Shown one piece after another: positions 15,881-29,863 of a stretch of DNA of 64,000 nucleotides. Position 1 is the stretch's first letter, and every line of letters begins with the position of its first letter. Source of the DNA: the human T2T-CHM13v2.0 reference genome, Homo sapiens. A program made the position numbers and the translations under genes. The notes beneath the pieces were generated by a model. It was not told the origin of the DNA. It ran no database searches and saw nothing but the letters and a program-made list of their open reading frames with translations. The stretch is from the NCBI RefSeq assembly GCF_009914755.1, contig NC_060931.1; one strand, given 5' to 3'.

Positions 15881-16044
15881 CCATTATTTATTGATTGAGT
15901 TATACTATGTTTATTTCCCAAAAGGATATCTAGGAACTTCATAGTATTTACATACAAATTTTGCTTGTTTGCTAGACAATGCCACTGCTTGTTAACATAC
16001 TAATTCACATTAACTAGTGAGAGGATTTTAGCTTTCACTGTTAA

Positions 16045-16550
16045 TAAGCTCAATACAAGCCAATGGTGTCCTGTGCTCTTGCATTAATAGAAGTGAGGTT
16101 AGGATGGGGCTTCTCTACTCTGCACTGGGAAGACCTCACTAGTGTACTGTGTTTTCTTCTGGAAAGCTCACTTTTGGAGGTCTTTTAATCATATTGAAGA
16201 ATGTTCTAGTACAAACAGTGAGAACATTGCTGCTCACTGTAAATCACGACATGAGAAGCTGCCTGCAAGGGCTGAGAATGTTTCATTTGGAGAAGAAAAG
16301 TATGAGGAACTTGATAGCTCTTTTTGATTATTTAAAGATTCATATGTGTAGGAAAGTCTGGATTCATTTTGAGAAGTTCTGGAGGATAGGACTAGAGTAA
16401 AAGGTGGAAATGATGGGGAAGAAAAATTTAACTTAACATAAAATAATTTCCAATAACTAGAACACATCTCAAAATGGATTGTTACTTCTTTCGAGAATGT
16501 ATTTCTCAGTCCTGCAAGTGTTTAGTGAGAGGCTAAAAATACACTTTCAT
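16045..16550 (+). mobile_element. L3/CR1 LINE fragment
   Basis: tctactctgcactgggaagacctcactagtgtactgtgttttcttctgg and gctgagaatgtttcatttggagaagaaaag resemble the CR1/L3 RT 3' region. Confidence 0.65.
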
Positions 16551-16574
16551 GAACTTTCATAAAGAATTAATCTA

Positions 16575-16894
<320 letters not shown>

Positions 16895-17479
16895 TTACCT
16901 TTTAAATCTTAAAATCCCTCTTCTATTTACATTTGAAATTTTCTTGTTTTTATTACTCTTTTTATTAATCACAATTATCTGTAAGTCTAAATTTCTTTCT
17001 AAAAGGTACACGTGAAAATAAAATAAAATTGCATCATTATGTGTCCGAAATTGGTGGGTTCTTGGTCTCACTGACTTCAAGAATGAAGCCGCAGACCCTC
17101 ACAGTGAGTGTTACAGTTCTTAAAGATGGTGTGTCCTGAGTTTGTTCCTTCTGATGTTCGGACGTGTTCGGAGTTTGTTCCTTCTGGTGGGTTCGTGGTC
17201 TGGCTGGTTTCAGGAGTAAAGCTGCAGACCTTTGCGGTGAGTGTTACAGCTCCCAAGGCGGTGCCTCCGGAGTTGTTCATTCCTCCTGGTGAGTTCCTGG
17301 TCCCACTGGCCTCAGGAGTGAAGCTGCAGCCCTTCACAGTGAGTGTTACAGTTCATAAAGGCAGTGCAGACTCCAAGAGTGAGAAGCAGCAAGATTTATT
17401 GCAAAGAAGGAAAGAACAAAGCTTCCACAACGTGGAAGGGGACCAGAGCAGGTTGCCGCCACTGGCTCGGGCAGCGTGC

Positions 17480-17960
17480 TTTTATTGCCTTATCTAACCC
17501 CACCCACATCCTGCTGATTGTCCCATTTTACAGAGAGCTGATTGGTCCACTTTACAGAGAGCTGATTGGTCTGTTTTGATACGGTGCCGATTGGTGCGTT
17601 TACAATCCTTGAACTAGACACAGAGTGCTGACTGGTGTATTTACAATCCTCTAGCTAGATGTAAAAGTTCTCCAAGTCCCCACAAAATTAACTAGACACA
17701 GAGCACTGATTGGTGCGTTTACAAACTTTGAGCTAGATACAGGGTGCTGATTGGTGCGTTTAAAAACCTTGAGCTAGACCCAGAGTGTTGATTGGTGTGT
17801 TTACAATCCTTTAGCTAGACATAAAGGTTCTCCAAGTCCCCACCAGATTAGCTAGATACAGAGTGCTGGTTGGTACATCCTTAAACCCTGAGCTAGACCC
17901 AGAGTGCTGATCGGTGCATTTAGAATCCTCCAGCTAGACATAAAAGTTCTCCAAGTCCTT
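17480..17960 (-). promoter_or_regulatory. LTR12C CCAAT-box (NF-Y) repeat array and AATAAAAG core promoter, oriented toward lower coordinates
   Basis: Multiple gattgg (CCAATC on minus strand) in ~40-bp repeats; tgcttttattg (caataaaagca on minus) at ~17478-17488; LTR12 NF-Y promoter architecture is established, activity at this copy is not shown. Confidence 0.6.
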
Positions 17961-18038
17961 ACCTGACTCAGGAGCCCAGCTGGCTTCACGTAGTGGATCC
18001 CGCCGCGGGGACGCGGGCGGAGCTGCCCGCCAGTCCCA

Positions 18039-18060
18039 CGCGCGCGCGCGCGCGCGCGCG
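18039..18060. repeat. (CG)11 perfect dinucleotide repeat
   Basis: cccacg cgcgcgcgcg cgcgcgcgcg c read directly. Confidence 0.98.
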
Positions 18061-19265
18061 CTCCCGCACTCCTCACCCCTTGGGCGGTCAATGGAACCGG
18101 GTGCTGCCAAACATGGGGCGGCGCACGTCACGGAGGCCCGGCTGCCCGGGAGCCCACCGCAGTGGCGGGGGGCGGGGCTTGGGCATGGCGGGCTGCAGGT
18201 CCTGAGCCCTCCCCTGGGGGTAGGCGGCTGAGGCCTGTTGAGAATTAAAGCGCGGCGCGGGCGGGCTGGCAGTGCTGGGGGACCCGGCGCACCCTCCACA
18301 GCTGCTGGCCCCGGTGCTAAGCCCCGCTGAGCCTGCGCCCACCCGGAACTGGCGCTGGCTCGCGAGCGCGGCGCGCAGCCCCAGCTCCCGCCCGTGCCTC
18401 TCCCTCCACACCTCCCTGCAAGCAGAGGGAGCCGGCTCCGGCCTCAGCCAGCCCAGAAGGGGGCTCCCACAGCGCAGCAGCGGGCTGAGGGGCTCCTCAA
18501 GCACTGCCAGAGTGGACGCTGTGGCCTAAAGAGGTGCTGAGAGCGAGCGAGGGCTGCTAGCACGATGTCACCTCTCAATTACGGTGTTGTAGTTTAACAT
18601 AGCTAATCTTGGCTTCATGAGGCACTGTCTTTTCTGCGTTGCCATTTGGTTTGTGAGGTATTTAAGTACATGTTTCCCTTTTGACATTATCTTTAAAAAT
18701 CTTTAAAAGATTAAGAGTTGAAGGAATCTTAAAAATTTCTAGTCTGATAATTTATCCCAAGTTCTTAATCACCCTGTAATACCTTTGGCCAGGGTTTTCC
18801 TGCCTTGTGCTTGAACTCTGAATAGTCTAGCATTATAAATTCATTTTAAGTTTGTTATTTGGAACTCGACTCAATCTTATTATAGCTGTGGTTTGGCTAT
18901 AGAGAGCAGAAAAAGACTGTCTCCTCCCTTGTTCTATTGCCTGTAATTCTATTAATGCAGCCTAAGCTTTAGATGATGTCTTGTAGCAGCTAGAACTGAC
19001 ACTTCACTTATTAATTCACTTGTGCATTCAGCAAATATTTAATGAATGTCTACTGAGTACAAGGCTTCAGTTTCAGGTAAACAAGGAGTGAGCAGTGGGC
19101 TTTTACATTTTAGTGAAGCACATGTAGAGAAAACACTTCATTCTCTTTCATAAAAGCTCTTGTTAAACCATGGTCTCTATTGGAAATTATGAAGTAATTA
19201 TTAATGATGTGTAGGACATTACGTTTTTATTCTATTTTGTTAGGTTGTGTTTTGTTTAAATATTC

Positions 19266-19376
19266 ACTCCACAAATTTTGTATGTTATTTCAGCATTTGA
19301 GGAAACTGTCTTCCTGAACTCCACAAATTTTGTATGTTATTTCAGCACTTGAGGAAACCGTCTTCCTGAACTCCAC
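19266..19376. repeat. 52-bp tandem duplication (2 copies plus 7-bp overlap)
   Basis: actccacaaattttgtatgttatttcagca(t/c)ttgaggaaac(t/c)gtcttcctga repeated with 2 mismatches. Confidence 0.95.
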
Positions 19377-19956
19377 TGCATCTCAGGTAACGTTGTATTA
19401 CATGTTCATCTATCACTCTTCTCTTGTGGAAAATTTTTAAGCTACAATTTGATCAGCACTGGCAAATTTGTCTGGCATGCTAATAAACCCTCTGAGGTAC
19501 TAACTGACACTGCTCTATATTAGTAATTCCTGTTCTAGATGCAAAATATAATAAAAATAGAAATAATATAAATGAAAAATGTAGACTGAAAAGAATAAGA
19601 TAAAGCAACAAATATAAAAAAATTTAATAAACATCTCTTCATATGCTGGAAAAAACATTATGTTCTCAAAATTTTATTAGATGTTGTGATACAATGAGAA
19701 TTAAAGACAAATGCGATCTCAATCCTCTTGAAATTTGCCATCCAGTGGGGGGAACTGGCATTAATCCAAAAATCCAAATAGTCACGCAAATATATTTAAA
19801 ATTTCAGTTCTGATATAAATTTTTTAAAAAAGGTATCTATCTTTTAGAGATACATGTTGAATTATTTGAGATGAAAAGGGAATTGTCTCAAAATAATCTG
19901 GGTGGGGAATGGGTGATGGCATAATGAAATAAGACTACCGTGAATTGCTGGTTTTT

Positions 19957-20318
19957 CATTATTAGTCCATTAGAGCTGGTATAGCAAAATACCATAAACT
20001 GTGTGGCTTATAAACAACAAAACTTTATTTCTCACATTTTTGAGGTGGAAAGTCCTAGATGGAGGCACTAGCAGATTCAGTGTCTGATGAGGGCCAACTT
20101 CATCATCCATGGTACCTTCTCACTGTGTCCTCACATGGTGGAAGGAGCTACCTAGTTCTCTGTGATCTCTTGTATAAAGTCACTAATCTCAATCGCGAGG
20201 GCTTCAGCCTCAGGACCTAGGCACCTTCTAAAGGCCCTACCTCTTGATACCATTACCTTGGTGGTTAAGATTTCAACATATAAGTCTGGGGAGGACACAA
20301 CATTAAGACCACAGTGAT
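19957..20318 (-). mobile_element. MaLR LTR (MLT1A-like), copy 1
   Basis: caaaataccataaactgtgtggcttataaacaac...tttatttctcaca...ggaggacacaacattaagaccacag. Confidence 0.85.
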
Positions 20319-20670
20319 GTCTTAAACCTTTCATGCTGCTGTCACAAAATACCATAAACTAGGTGGCTTAGAAACAATGAGAATTTTCTTCTCAGAGTTC
20401 TGGAGGCTGAGTGGAAAGCCCAAAATCAAGGTGCTGGTAGATTTGGTTTCTGATGAAAGCCCTGGTTTATAGACAGTCATCTCTTCAGTGTGTCTTTACA
20501 TAGCGTAAAGGGCAAAAGAGTTCTCTAAGGCCTTCTTTATAAGGGCACTAGTTCTGTTTACTAGGCCCTGATGATCTAATCAATTTCCAGAGGCCACCTC
20601 TTAATATCATCACCTTGAGGAATTAGGATTTCAACATATAAATTTGAGGGGACACACTCAGACCACAGCA
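20319..20670 (-). mobile_element. MaLR LTR (MLT1A-like), copy 2 directly adjacent
   Basis: tgtcttaaacc...caaaataccataaactaggtggcttag...ggggacacactcagaccacagca. Confidence 0.85.
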
Positions 20671-20769
20671 CTGGATCTCAGATGGGTAAATGAGGCTTCA
20701 TCATGCTCTTCTATTTGTGTATATCTTTGATATTTTCTGTTAAAAACGTTATAAACATGAAAATTCAAC

Positions 20770-21190
20770 TCTGACAGGTGGTACGGAGGAAAGGCAGCCA
20801 GTTTGCTGACAGCACATAATAGAGGGATTTCATAAAGTCAGGGAAGTCAGGAATGGCCTCTGACAGGAAGTGATGCAACATTAGACTGGAAGAATGAATG
20901 GGAGTGTGGAGAACAGATCCCTATACCCATTTGGAGCCCTACTGCAGAGGGACCCATACCATATCTGAGGGACAAAGGGAGCCAGTGTGGCTGGAAGGCT
21001 AGCAGAGTAGTAGGTGTAGCTGGGGAATGAGACAAGGACACCGTAAGAAGTGATCTTCATGTGTCCTAACAACAATAGGAAGCCACTGAAGGATTTTAAG
21101 CTTGGAAGTGACAAAATCATATTTGCTTTTGGCTACTATGTGAAAACTGACAGTAGGGGGCTAGAGTGATGCAGGTGGACTGGTTAGGTA
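20770..21190 (-). mobile_element. L2 fragment
   Basis: ggaagccactgaaggattttaagcttggaagtgacaaaatcatatttgcttttggctactatgtg, typical antisense L2. Confidence 0.7.
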
Positions 21191-21539
21191 CTGCCAGTTT
21201 TTTCCAGAAAACAGCCTTGTTACATTAGCACCCTAAAGCTTTAGCTTCCTTTAGTTTAGACATATAGCCTTCCCTGTTGATTTTATCACTTTCATATTCT
21301 ATAATTCTATCAGCTTTCCTCTAGCTTTTCTTTTATCTTCTTAGTGCGAGTCTCCTTCACCTCCTGTCTGGAATACATAACAGCCTCGACACTCCAGCTG
21401 CATCTACTCAGAAGCATTCTTTGCCCAGGAAACTCGTCCTTTTAAAAATGCATATTTCATGAAGAGTTTTGGGCATAATCACGTTTGGCTATCATAGTTT
21501 AACTAAAATTGAGTTCTTTTGTTCAAAAGTGTGCATGAC

Positions 21540-21775
21540 GGGGTTGCTAGAAAAATTAAAAAAACAAACAAACAATATCCAGTTAAATCTGAATTTGAGA
21601 CAATGAATCTAAAGTCTAAATATGTCTCAAAAATTAAGACATATAATACTTATATTAAAATATGGGATGGGCAATAGTTAGGATTTACCACTACAAAACA
21701 TTATTTTCTGTTTATTGAGAAATTCAAATTTAATTGGCCATTCTATTTTTTTAATTTCATAATTCTGACCATTCT
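21540..21775. mobile_element. MER53-like palindromic hAT MITE
   Basis: gggttgctag...ccagttaaatctgaattt ... aaattcaaatttaattggcc...ctgaccattct inverted arms. Confidence 0.65.
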
Positions 21776-23970
21776 AGAAGTTTGAAAGCAAGTAAATGCC
21801 TGTTCATGTAAACCATGAGCCTCAGTGACTATGCCATCCACTTTATGAACAATGGAAAACAATTACGGAAACCTAATTCCAAATATATAGTAAGTTAAAA
21901 TGGAATATTGCATTCAGTACATATGACAGAACTGTTATTTTGAATATAAAGAAGTATATAGTTTTAATAAATGGAAAATCAGTTTTCTACTTGCTCCCAT
22001 TAACAAAGATTGAACAAAATATTTAAAGAATATTGGTGAGGAGGGAAGCCTGCCTAGCATCTTACATTTGTAGGTTCAGACCTGCCTTAGGTCTTGTTCT
22101 TATTCCTGTCTGTGGTTTTCTCTCTGCCTCTGTTATTATGAGCAGAGACTTACACCATATCATGATGAACACATGGTCCAACAATAGTTCCCCAGGTGAA
22201 AAGAAGTATCTCTACAAAATTTCCAGGAGGCGTTTGACAAAGAGATTTAAAAATTACATGAAAGTAATTATATCTACTGCTTGCCTCCCCACATGCCCTT
22301 TCCTGGTATTACTCCATTTGTATTGTTTTAATATAAGCTGGCAACTTATCACATTGGAAAGTGAACAGATGTGGTGCATGGTGCACTTAACAATCCAAAG
22401 GGCATTAAATTTAAATAGAGAAACTATTAATATTTATAAATACAAATGACTTATTTAATTAGAGCAAAATTTCATTAATACAGGATCTTTTTAAAGCACT
22501 GACTCTTAAGTCTGTTAAAAATGAAGCACAAGAGTGAATGGGAGTCCAGTTTGAATAATTCTGATAAAGAAATTCTGTAACGTTTTCTTGCAAACAGTTG
22601 TTGTAAGTCCTCTGATAAGATATTTATGCTACTTTGATGATATATAGACATTTCAAGTACCTTATAAAACACAATATTAAAAATGTGACATATCAAGTTG
22701 TGCTTTAAAATTTAACTCTATTAGAATAGTAGAAATATTTAAAGTTATGAATTTCATATATTTATTGATAAAATATATTTTAGGTGAAAATGCAGAACTT
22801 ATTTATAATGTAGAAATACTTTGTTTATTTTTTTCACTACTGTGAACATCATCGTTGTACTGTAAAAAAACCCTGATCTGCATACTGGGTTTTTTCTTAT
22901 AACAGACATACATGGGCTATTACACTTTCAAGCACTTTAAAAAATATATGGCACCTAAAATCTTGGGGAAAAATATAATACAAATGCAAATTAGTTGAAT
23001 CAAAATAATATGTTTTTATTAATATAGTGTATTTAAGTTTAAAAGGAGCTGCTTTAATGGAATCCCACAGGATTTATTTTAGAGCTATTGGATACAGTGT
23101 ACTGATCATGAATTTCAGAGATGAAGAAATGAAGATGGATATATATAAATGTGCAAATGGCTATAATAAAATATTATGTGCAATGAAGATTCAGCAGAAT
23201 TTCTGCAGAATAATGAAATGGGCCATTAAGAAGCAAATATTCAGCATCCTGGGAATAGAACATGACTTATGAGAAAAGTTTAAATGTTAAACAAAACAAA
23301 TTTTAAATCTCTAAACAAAGATCTGTATGCTTAATGGGTGCATTCTGTTTATTTGATTTAGATGTACATGATTTCTTAGGGGGCGGTGGGTTTCTGAAAA
23401 TGTTGATAACAAGAAAGAAACTGGGCAGAAAAGTAGATTGAACAGCTAAACTGATACAAATGAGGATTATGTTTGAGACACAGTGTAATAGGGAACAGAT
23501 GGGAAGACCATTTTCTATGTAAACTTATCATGGCTAGGCTCCAGCTAGCTTCAAATGAAGTATTGGCTATCATCTCTTTAGAAGATCCAGGCTTAAGCAG
23601 AACTGGGCTCTAGTTCAATTAGCCAAAAGTCAATTCACCCAATGACCAGTTCACTTGTTTCTTTTAAATATTTTAGTTTTAGTTGACGAGTTTTCCTTTT
23701 TTCTACATAAAATCTTCAAAAGTTTTTAAGGTGCTTCTGATTCCTATCCATGTTGCTGTATCTAGAGACCAAGGAAGGGAGAAAAAGAGAGATTGTAGAG
23801 CAGAGGAACATGTTTTTGGATATAGAGAATTCTTGTCAATATAGTCTTTATAAATATATTGAATATGTTTTTATTATATATTAAAATATTATCGATATAT
23901 TTATCTAAAAGAGAACATTAACACATTAGGTAAAATTTATCTTTTAGTGAATAAATTGTTATAAAAATGT

Positions 23971-24268
23971 TTCTTTTTTTGAGAGAGACAGAGTCTCACT
24001 CTGTCACCCAGGCTGGAGTACAATGGCATGATATCGGCTCACTGCAGCCTCTGCCTCCCGAGTTTTCAAGTGATTCTCATGCCTCAGCTACCCCAGTAGC
24101 TGAGTTTACAGGCACCCGCCTCCACGCCTGGCTAATTTTTGTATTTTTAGTAGAGATGGAGTTTCACCGTGTCGGCTAGGCTGGTCTCAAACTCCTGACT
24201 TGAAGTGATCCATTCACTTCGACCTCTCAAAGTGCTGGGATTACAGGCATGAGCTACCACACTAGGCT
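23971..24268 (-). mobile_element. AluS/AluJ-like SINE
   Basis: Antisense Alu (gagacagagtctcactctgtcacccaggctggagt...aaagtgctgggattacaggcatgagc); degenerate TSD gttataaaaat/gtcatgaaaat. Confidence 0.95.
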
Positions 24269-26814
24269 GTCATGAAAATACTTTTAGGAACTTCATAATT
24301 ACATATATTTATATAACTATATAACATATTAATAAATATTAACAATATTGCCATAGATATTTTAGAATACCCACATTTATTTATAGTTCATTTTAATTTT
24401 ATTCATAGGTCCCTCAATTCCTGATCCCTTCTCTACATTTCTTGCTCTACCGTGGTTCTCGCTTTCTTCCCTCAATCACCTGCTTCTTAAATGCTGGCAT
24501 GGGGGACAATTGATAAGATAGAATTGTGTATGTATATATTTATAAGATAGAATTAGAATGATAAGAAACAAATTTGGTGAGTTCATGTATTGACTGGAAT
24601 CTGTGGCATTTAACACTGGTTGAAGCAAGGTTTTTTCTGTTGACGAAAGAAAATATACAGAAATTTGGAACTTAATCCATAAGATAGAATGAATTAAAAG
24701 CCTAATTATTGGCTTGGAATTAGCATTTTATATTCCTTTTTGTGTCATACCTATTTTGGCTAGATATTCATGAAGATTCATGATTTAAAGCAATATTTAT
24801 TTAGGGTTAGTTACCATTATGTAAACTTAGTAATCCTCCAGTAGATTTGCCACTTCGTCCTGGTTTTTTAAAAAATTACATACATTAAGATCTCCCATAG
24901 TAAGTCTTTGTATATGTGTATGTGTTTATTCTACCAATTATACTACCAACATTTCCTTAGTAAGTTGGGATTAACCAAACTAAAGGAGTGGATAATATTT
25001 CATGTATGTGATTTATTTGTTTCCAGATAATGCTATTAAATAAGAAAAATGCTGAAATTAAAAGAAGGAATAATGTGGAGTTTGCTTTTAGATTAATTTA
25101 TTTCAGAGATTTAAGGAAATGCATACATCAAAAGCAAAGTATTCCCCAATATTTTGAATAGAATAGCCTTAGAGCTTCCCATTCCACTGGGTGACAAAGT
25201 GCACATTGTTGTGCTGTGAATAGGTCTCTTGCAGCCTTATCTGGTTACCCCTGTGTGGTCGATGACACTAATAATAATCAATTTTACTGAACGCTTTAAG
25301 GGGTAGGTGATTAGCCATCTTATCTTATAGCTCCTAGGAAACAAACAAAACACCCCAAAAAACATAAGTTAAGCAACCATTGTCTTTTTTGATTTCTTAA
25401 AGAGAATTTAAAAAGCTTAGTAACACTTATTAATTCTAATCAAATTCACATTGAAAGGATTGTGTTCTGAGAAAATAAATGAATGCCACCAAGGAACATC
25501 CCTTGCACTCCTATCACATCAAGTTAGATGTAATAAGTAGAAAAGCTGAACACTACTTCCAGAAGCTATTATTCTGAGAGACTCATTTGGTAACCAAAGG
25601 AAGATATTAATGGGTGAATTTTTTGATGACTATAATGGAAATGAAACCTTCACAGAGTGCTAATAGATGATAGCTTACTGTTTTCTTGATTTCCAGATGT
25701 GCTGTTACCTGGGAGTTCATTTGAAAAACAGGGGACAAAAGCTGAGAGTCATCATTATACTAAAAATAAAGATGCTTCAAATCTGAAAATATTTATAGAG
25801 GCTTGCTAGGAAAGATAACTGTTAGAACTTTGGTTCAAATGAATGAAAATATTGAATTCCAAAAAGCATCCAATGAATGGCAGCTTTGTTCACTTTAAAT
25901 TCATACAATTACTCAGATTCACTTAATATGTTTTATTAAATGTCTTTATTAGTAGATAGAAATGATTCATGAAGCAGTATATTAAGCTATCAACCCATAT
26001 AATCAAGTTTCAATTCCTACTGCAGGAATATTTTTGAATTTGCAGTATCCAAAATATTTCCTTGATGCCTGGAACTTGTTTTGTAAGAAATGACATTTCT
26101 TAATTTTTATTTCAATGCTGATTTCTTACCAACTCTTTATGATTATCATGACCAATGTAAACCTTGGTTCACACCCTTTTTCAAGTTACCACAAATTCCA
26201 AACTTGTAAAATTAGAAAAACTATGATCCATAATTATATTTTTATAATTGTGGTTAGTTCTCATTAATATAGGTATTATCTATACTACACTCCAGTATTT
26301 ATTCTGGAGAAAGTAATCTATTAAATAATGAAATATGACAAATATGTATTAAGATTTGGAAATGTTCTCTTTAATTACATAGTATATTAATGTAATTTGT
26401 TCAAAGCAGCATATGTTGTCATAATGAAAGTTTTCAGCCAAAATTCTTTCTTATAGCCAAATAGATATTTGAAATAGTCATTGCTGCTGAAAAATAAACA
26501 ATTAGATAGGGAAGAAAGATGTAGATGTGATTTTTCCAATATTTCCTACCCCTCTTAATTTATTCAGGCCACCTTTTCCTTTAAGATCCAAATAGAATAT
26601 ATCCACATCCACAACACTTACGTGAGGAATCCTTTTGGTATCCTCCTTAATATCTTTGGCACTTGAGTAACATGGAGTAGAGGTCACATTTCATATATGT
26701 CAGTCATTGTTTCCCTCCTCCTCTTTCTTAGCTGTAACTCTGAGCACCTGCTACTTGCTGTCATGTCTTATTGGCCAATTGCGTCCCATGTTGAACATCA
26801 CCCTTGTATAGGGC

Positions 26815-27276
26815 TGTGAAGAGATTTAGAATTTACCCTATTTGCAAACTAACAGGTTAGCTTGCCACAGTTTCATGAACTCTAACAGGCAACACGAGAC
26901 TCCTGGGTCAGAGACAAATGACAAAGCATTATCCCTTACAAAGCATTATCCCTTACCAATGTCGTGGCCAGATAATCACCATTTTGTCATTTTCCTAAGC
27001 TTTGATTCCTATAATGCCACATAACAAATAGAGTGGATTATAGAAAGGAACCCTGAGTTTAGAAAATCCCAAACTCTTCAATACACTTTAAGAAGAGAAT
27101 ATTTGCCCCCAGAGAGCAGCATTGTCTTTATTACACCAAACAGCAAACAAACCTGCCCTCTACTATAGAGAGAGACATTATTTCTGTCTTCAAGGCTATG
27201 AGCTATACAAACATCCTTAGAAAGATCGTTCAGAACAATAAGTTGTTTAGTGCCTCTGCACTCATGTATCCCAACA
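26815..27276. mobile_element. ERV solo LTR, family uncertain; contains a 17-bp tandem duplication at 26921-26954
   Basis: TG...CA ends (tgtgaagag...cccaaca); gagactcctgggtcagagacaa motif recalled from old ERV LTRs; acaaagcattatccctt occurs twice in tandem. Confidence 0.55.
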
Positions 27277-28590
27277 CGTTCTTATTTTCCACAGTATATT
27301 CCCAAGGTTGTCATGTCTGGCAGAATATTATTGAAGTTTTGGCGATAAAAGAGTTCCAGAAAACAGTATTTAAATTAATCTTTAACCACTATTCTTAGCA
27401 ATTTTTTTTTTTTACTCCAAAGAAGCCATTTGTCATTTGTCATATCCCTTAGAATATCCCTCTTATCTCAACGTATTTCAGGGACTTATTTTGGTTCTGC
27501 TGAGCTAATCTCTCCTCCCTCTTGGTCTATTCTCAGAAATTCAAATTTCTTCTCTTAATTATGCAGGTCATTTTTTCTCTTTGTTTTACCTTGTGTTTCA
27601 ACATGAAGCTTTGGCCATACTTGAGATACCAATGGCAGAAACTGACCATATTCAGAGGTCCATCAAAGCCATTTTCAAAAAAGAAAAATGAAATAAAGGA
27701 TGGAAGAAAGAAAGGAAAGAAAGAAAGACAGAAAGAAAGAAAGATAATTCAGAAAGCATTCAGATAATCCTAAAAGCCAAAGTCACTAATTCAGTGAATG
27801 TTGAACTTAGCCTCAGTTCCTTCTTTTTATCAACAATTATTTTTAGTTGACCTCAGGACAAAGGGTTCTGCTAAGCATAAACTTTAAGGAAGTATTATGA
27901 GATGTCATCCCGTATTTTTTGTTCCTCTTGGTTGAAGGCAGGAAATTTACAATGTAAATAATTGAAATACAAAGGATCTCTGATGTTAAAATAAGGTACT
28001 TGAGAGAGAGCAATGAGCTATCTCCCAAATGATATAAGCCACGTAGTTTATTTTGATTCTTATGTGCTGCCTACCTTGAAATCTATTCTCTATAATTATG
28101 TGGCTTCAAGAAATATTTTATTTTGCCCTCTTGCTATATAAACAAATTATGTAGAATTCACTTAAAAAATAATCTCTGGTAAAAAGATGAAGAAGAAAAC
28201 TTGTTTCCCAACATTATTGTAAGGCATTGTTATATATATTGTACAAATAAATAAACATATATAATAACTTTCAAGATATGCATTATATAAGTGACTCAGT
28301 GAAATATAAGATTAATAAACCCTAGTTTCTGATTCACTATTCTCATCTGCAGGTAAAGTTTATTCCTTAAAAAAGGAAAATAACAACAACAGAGCATATA
28401 GTCATGAAGGAACTCTTGTTATCACAGCAAATAAAGTGAAGTAAGGGAAAATGGCTATGGGTTGCAGACTACAACTCAAATATGCACAGCTACACGTATT
28501 TAAATAGCTGAGGATGAAAGTCTTTTATATTCACAAACAGGTTATGTGAACTGAGTTGGTTAACTGATAGGTAAAAAGTCTCTGTATTTA

Positions 28591-29716
<1,126 letters not shown>

Positions 29717-29863
29717 CTAGTGCATGAGCCAAGGTAAGAAAAGTGGATTCTAACTACTGCCTTGGTGGTTGGGCATTTTCAGAGATCTCAGGGTGTGTAA
29801 GAAACCTCCAGTAGGGGGGGTTGAGTACACAGGGAAAAGCTCAGACACAGAGACTAACCGAAA

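Larger units (their letters stand above)
17040..18577 (-). mobile_element. LTR12C (ERV9/HERV9 solo LTR), complete
   Basis: Minus strand begins TGAGAGGTGACATCGTGCTAGCAGCC and ends ...CCAATTTCGGACACA; perfect 4-bp TSD ATTA at 17036-17039 and 18578-18581; tandem ctgattggtgcgtttacaa repeats; GC-rich U3. Confidence 0.97.

Noticed and set aside
17515-17960. Regularly spaced repeats superficially resembling a CRISPR array
   Set aside because: These are the known LTR12 U3 tandem enhancer repeats: no unique spacers, no cas genes, and a eukaryotic context.
17077-18529. Cluster of overlapping ORFs, including ARARARA peptides
   Set aside because: All lie within the GC-rich LTR12C; ARARAR is the (CG)n tract.
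22033-22449. 138-aa ORF in unique sequence
   Set aside because: Non-ATG start, no recognisable domain, and no convincing exon context.
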